NCBI GenBank assembly: GCA_965221695.1
Contig: OZ244905.1
Coordinates: 2,080,001 to 2,144,000 of the forward strand
DNA from: Gammaproteobacteria bacterium
Lineage (GTDB): Bacteria > Pseudomonadota > Gammaproteobacteria > Eutrophobiales > Eutrophobiaceae
DNA length: 64,000 bases
Direction of reading: 5' to 3'
The notes beneath the pieces were generated by a model. The model was not told the DNA's origin, searched no databases, and worked only from the letters and a program-made list of their open reading frames with translations. A program made the position numbers and the translations under genes. Below are positions 59,256 to 64,000 of this stretch, piece by piece. Each line of letters begins with the position of its first letter. The stretch's first letter is position 1.

Positions 59256-60071
59256 ATGCCGGAACTGCCAGAGGTTGAAACGACGCGCCGGGGCATCTCT
59301 CCGCACATTGTCGACAAACCGATATCTGCTATCACCATTCGGCAACAGCAGTTACGCTGGCCGCTTCCGGCAGACCTGGAGCGGCAGCTCGTCGGCAACC
59401 GCATCACTGCGGTCGGGCGGCGTGCAAAATACCTGATTTTATATCTGGCGCATGGTTGCGTTATCCTGCACCTGGGCATGTCCGGCAGCCTGCGCATTGT
59501 TCCCGCATCGGCGCCGGCTGACAAGCACGATCATGTCGATATCATTTTCAGCGACGGCGCGTGCTTGCGCCTGCGCGATCCGCGGCGTTTCGGCTCCATC
59601 CACTGGTCTGGCGCTGACCCCTTGCAACACCCGCTGTTGTGCGACCTGGGTCCGGAGCCGCTGGAACAGGATTTCAATGCCCGGTACCTGTATGGCCTGT
59701 CCCGTCACAGGATCCGGTCGGTCAAGACATTCATCATGGACAGCCGCACCGTGGTTGGCGTCGGCAACATTTATGCCAGTGAAGCCTTGTTCCGCAGCGG
59801 CATCCATCCGCTGCGCAAGGCGGGGAACATCTCACTGGCGCGCTATCATGCATTGGTCGCTTCCATCAGAGATGTGCTCAATGCGGCGCTGGCCAAGGGC
59901 GGCACCACGTTACGGGATTTTGTCGGCGGTGACGGCGCTCCCGGTTACTTCAGACTGGAGCTGGATGTTTACGGGCGCGCAGGGGAACGCTGCAGGAACT
60001 GCACGGGCAGCATCAGGCAGATCCGCCACGGGCAGCGCTCGACGTTTTATTGCCCGCAGTGCCAACGTTGA
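59256..60071 (+). CDS. mutM: Formamidopyrimidine-DNA glycosylase
   Basis: MPELPEVE, HLGMSG, GVGNIYA.E, C-terminal zinc finger. Confidence 0.97.
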   Translation: MPELPEVETTRRGISPHIVDKPISAITIRQQQLRWPLPADLERQLVGNRITAVGRRAKYLILYLAHGCVILHLGMSGSLRIVPASAPADKHDHVDIIFSDGACLRLRDPRRFGSIHWSGADPLQHPLLCDLGPEPLEQDFNARYLYGLSRHRIRSVKTFIMDSRTVVGVGNIYASEALFRSGIHPLRKAGNISLARYHALVASIRDVLNAALAKGGTTLRDFVGGDGAPGYFRLELDVYGRAGERCRNCTGSIRQIRHGQRSTFYCPQCQR

Positions 60072-60270
60072 TAATGTTTGTTTGTGCAGGCTGGGATCGC
60101 AGGCGCCTAATCTGCCTGCGGGCGGGCGGACGCCCGAAGTATCAACGTTGATATCGTTTACTTGCGCTGGCTGGGATCGCAGGCGTCCTGCGTGTTCCAG
60201 TAGCATCGCCAGCGGACGTGCAGCGATGGGGGAGGATAATTACACTCACGTAATGTCGATTCACCCAACC

Positions 60271-60427
60271 TAAGGAAGCTCTGAACAAGTCCATCCTGGA
60301 CTTGTCAGAGCACGCAAAACAAAAATGCGATTTTTGTTTTGCTCTCAAATTCAATGACTTATCGTCATTGAATTTGGCGATACATCCCTGTATCGCAGGA
60401 AACTCTGACTTAATCAGAGTTTCCCTA
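60271..60427. repeat. MITE/REPIN-like family A, long copy with extra hairpins
   Basis: taaggaagctctga...tcagagtttcccta with inserted palindromes gcaaaacaaaaat/atttttgttttgc and caaattcaatgac/gtcattgaatttg. Confidence 0.8.
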
Positions 60428-60514
60428 ATTTTCTTTTGAATACGGAATGGAACCGATATAAAATTCAACCCTCTATACTCCTGTGTAACGCTCTTCAATA
60501 ACCCGGAGATAATA

Positions 60515-60745
60515 ATGGAACAAATTGCCAACGTTCATGTCGAGAAACTGCCGGAGGGGGTGTACCTGGCTACCAGTGAGGACATCCCGGGCCTGGTTGC
60601 TCAGGGACGTACCATTACCGAAACACTGGAAATCGCCCGCGACGTAGCCAAGAAACTGCTGGAAGCAAAAGCGGAACGCCGCCAACACGCCAATTTGAAA
60701 CATGCTGAAGATTCGTTCGATTACCCACTGGTTCTCGGCGCCTGA
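60515..60745 (+). CDS. HicB-family antitoxin
   Basis: EGVYLATS.DIPGLVAQGRT..E. Confidence 0.85.
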   Translation: MEQIANVHVEKLPEGVYLATSEDIPGLVAQGRTITETLEIARDVAKKLLEAKAERRQHANLKHAEDSFDYPLVLGA

Positions 60746-60965
60746 TGGGCCGGTTGTCAGGATTTAAATACCGGCAGGTTATCAGGAAACTGAAAAAATT
60801 GGGATTTGAGTTTGACAGGCAGGCGGCAGCCATGAGATCTGGTTCAATCCCAATACTGGCAGATATACCACCATTCCCAATCATCCGCGCGATATGCCTG
60901 AAGGGACTCTGAGAGAGATTCTCAAGCAGGCAAAGGTCGAGGTAGACTCGTTTTTGGAAGCTTGA
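60745..60965 (+). pseudogene. HicA-family toxin, frameshifted
   Basis: MGRLSGFKYRQVIRKLKKLGFEFDRQAA / GSHEIWFNP...TTIPNH..D...GTL in a different frame. Confidence 0.8.
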
Positions 60966-61008
60966 TAATCAAGTAAGAAACTGGCGACGCTTGGGTTGCG
61001 CCGGTGTT

Positions 61009-62700
61009 TTATTCAATTGTGACAGCTTGGCCTTCGCCCCTGGGATCGCTGGCGCTGTGGACCTTGTTCTCGTTCATATCCCATAGAATAGCTTGCATGT
61101 TGCCGTAGCGGCGGTTGATCTGTTTTAATTCATGGCCCAGGTCGGCCAGGGTTTGCTGTTCGAATTCGTTAAGACCGTACTGTTCGAACTGGACCTGGTC
61201 CGGCTGGTACTGGTGGTGAAACCGCCGCAGGCTTACCCAGGAGTCGGGCAGCCGCTCGTCGGCAAAATCCAGCGCCGCCAGCAGCACCATGCTGATGATC
61301 CGGCTCCCTCCCGGCGTGCCGACAACACCCACCCGTCCGGGCGCTTCCAGGAATGTCGGGGTCATGCTTGAGAGCGGGCGTTTGCCTGGCGCAATCGCGT
61401 TGGCTTGAAGCCCGATTAAGCCATAGGCGTTAGGGGTATTGTCCTTCGCGGAGAAATCATCCATTTCATTATTGAACAGGATGCCGGTGCCTTCCGCGAC
61501 AAAACAGGCGCCGAACAAGGTATTCACGCTCAGCGTTCCCGCCACGAGGTTGCCTTCCTTGTCCATAACGGAAAAATGCGTGGTCTGGGTTCCGGTCTGG
61601 GTCAGTACCGGGCCGTTGCCGAGGACGTCACTGGGAGTCGCCTTGGCCGGGTCTATCGTCAGCGCCAGCCCCTCTAAGTAGGATTCATCCAGCAGGCGGT
61701 CAACGGGAATGTCCACGAAGTCGGGGTCGCCCAGGAACACGGCGCGATCCCGGAAGGCGCGCCGCATGGCTTCAATAATATAGTGTTTGCGCTGTACATT
61801 GCTCATCGCGTGCAGGTCGAACTGTTCGAGGATGCGCAAGGCCTGGGCCATCACAATCCCGCCCGAGGAAGGCGGTGGCGCGGAAATAATGCGCGTATCC
61901 CGGTAATGGGAGATGATCGGTTCGCGTTCCACTATCCGGTATGTATTGAGGTCTTCAAGGCTCCAGATGCCCCCGTGTTTGCGCGCTTCCCGCACCATCT
62001 GTTCGGCAACCGGACCGCGGTAAAACCCGTCCAGGCCATGCTCCGCGATAGATTCAATAGTCCGCGCCAGCGCCTCTTGCCGCACCAGGTAACCGATGCG
62101 CGGCGCGTTGCCGTTCTGCAGAAAAATCCTGGCCGCGGCCGGATACCGTTGCAACCTGTCCGTCACGTAGGCTGCCAGGCGGTGATAACGGGACGTCACC
62201 TTGAACCCTTGTTCAGCATAACGGATTGCCGGCTCCAAGGACCGGCGCAGCGGCAGGCGGCCATAGTGTTCCGCGAGGTGAACCAGGCCTGCCGGCATGC
62301 CCGGGATTCCCGCGGCCAACGGGCCGACTAACGAAGCGTCCTTGATCACGTTATCCTCCGCGTCGCGATACATGCGCTCATGTGCGAGCGCCGGCGCGGT
62401 TTCCCTGCCGTCTACCATTACCTGCTTGCCGTCGGCTGCGCGGTGCAGCAACCAGAAGCCGCCGCCACCGAAACCGGAACTGAACGGTTCCACCACACCC
62501 AACGCGGCGCTGACCGCGATCGCGGCGTCAAAAGCATTGCCGCCTGCGCGCAGAATTTCGACCCCTGCCTCGGTCGCCAACGGGTGGGCGCTGGCAACGG
62601 CATGGGCGGGCGCATCGTCCGCATAACACGGACCAGCGCTGAAAATCAGACAAGCTGTGAGCAGGGGTACGACATTTATCTTTATTCTTTTGATGTTCAT
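61009..62700 (-). CDS. ggt: Gamma-glutamyltransferase
   Basis: Signal peptide, GGNAFDAA, TTHFS, NNEMDDF, PLSSMTP, GTPGGSRI. Confidence 0.95.
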   Translation of the reverse strand: MNIKRIKINVVPLLTACLIFSAGPCYADDAPAHAVASAHPLATEAGVEILRAGGNAFDAAIAVSAALGVVEPFSSGFGGGGFWLLHRAADGKQVMVDGRETAPALAHERMYRDAEDNVIKDASLVGPLAAGIPGMPAGLVHLAEHYGRLPLRRSLEPAIRYAEQGFKVTSRYHRLAAYVTDRLQRYPAAARIFLQNGNAPRIGYLVRQEALARTIESIAEHGLDGFYRGPVAEQMVREARKHGGIWSLEDLNTYRIVEREPIISHYRDTRIISAPPPSSGGIVMAQALRILEQFDLHAMSNVQRKHYIIEAMRRAFRDRAVFLGDPDFVDIPVDRLLDESYLEGLALTIDPAKATPSDVLGNGPVLTQTGTQTTHFSVMDKEGNLVAGTLSVNTLFGACFVAEGTGILFNNEMDDFSAKDNTPNAYGLIGLQANAIAPGKRPLSSMTPTFLEAPGRVGVVGTPGGSRIISMVLLAALDFADERLPDSWVSLRRFHHQYQPDQVQFEQYGLNEFEQQTLADLGHELKQINRRYGNMQAILWDMNENKVHSASDPRGEGQAVTIE

Positions 62701-62709
62701 GACAACTGT

Positions 62710-63760
<1,051 letters not shown>

Positions 63761-63806
63761 GCAGGCTTGTCGCTGGTTATCGTACCGCGCCGGTTAATTT
63801 CAATAG

Positions 63807-64000
63807 TCAGTCCGACCCATTATCCTTGGAGACCGGCCCGACCATCACTGTTACGAACCGGTCCGGCTGCAGGCGGCGCCGGAACGCGTCACGGATTTGC
63901 TCGATCGTCACCGCATTGACCTTTTCAATGAACGTGTCGAGGTAATCCGGCGGCAGTTCATAGAACGCGATCATGGATATATAACCGAGGATTTCGCGGT
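63807..64000 (-). CDS. M16 (pitrilysin-family) peptidase, C-terminal part
   Basis: ...GYISMIAFYELPPDYLDTFIEKVNAVTIEQIRDAFRR...VMVG; usual position upstream of rsmD. Confidence 0.75.
   Translation of the reverse strand, partial: REILGYISMIAFYELPPDYLDTFIEKVNAVTIEQIRDAFRRRLQPDRFVTVMVGPVSKDNGSD

Noticed and set aside
60085-60200. Duplicated GCTGGGATCGCAGGCG after mutM as a novel element
   Set aside because: Looks like ordinary degenerate REP-type sequence (a related one lies at ~25228-25254).

Overview
Gammaproteobacterial chromosome segment. Core genes occupy ~1-23.4 kb (msbA-like ABC exporter, prkB, hemCDXY, gshB-tonB-yqgE-yqgF-pyrRBC-pyrK, yggS-proC-yggT, xth, pyrE, algC, coaBC, radC) and ~57.9-64 kb (rpmB-rpmG, yaaA, mutM, ggt, coaD, rsmD). 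An unannotated orphan pqqA peptide gene with its own sigma-54 promoter and terminator lies at 14.2-14.4 kb. Between radC and rpmB, which are normally adjacent, is a ~34.5-kb defence island with no visible integrase. It carries three ABC-ATPase/TOPRIM modules, SRAP, a Schlafen/AlbA_2 protein, a Type ISP restriction-modification enzyme, two HEPN-like proteins, a Hachiman-like nuclease-helicase pair, a trypsin-like protease, decayed TA modules and one complete IS21-family element. The most striking locus is a ubiquitin-like conjugation operon that lacks ubiquitin and a CD-NTase: an MBL-fold hydrolase ending in a Gly-terminated tail, an E2-E1-JAB fusion and an IS-disrupted 4-TM protein. It faces an HTH-ImmA/IrrE peptidase plus PIN pair across a long palindromic operator. 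Two MITE-like families, two structured non-coding elements and duplicated gene 5' ends were also seen. All assignments come from reading motifs by eye; no searches were run.
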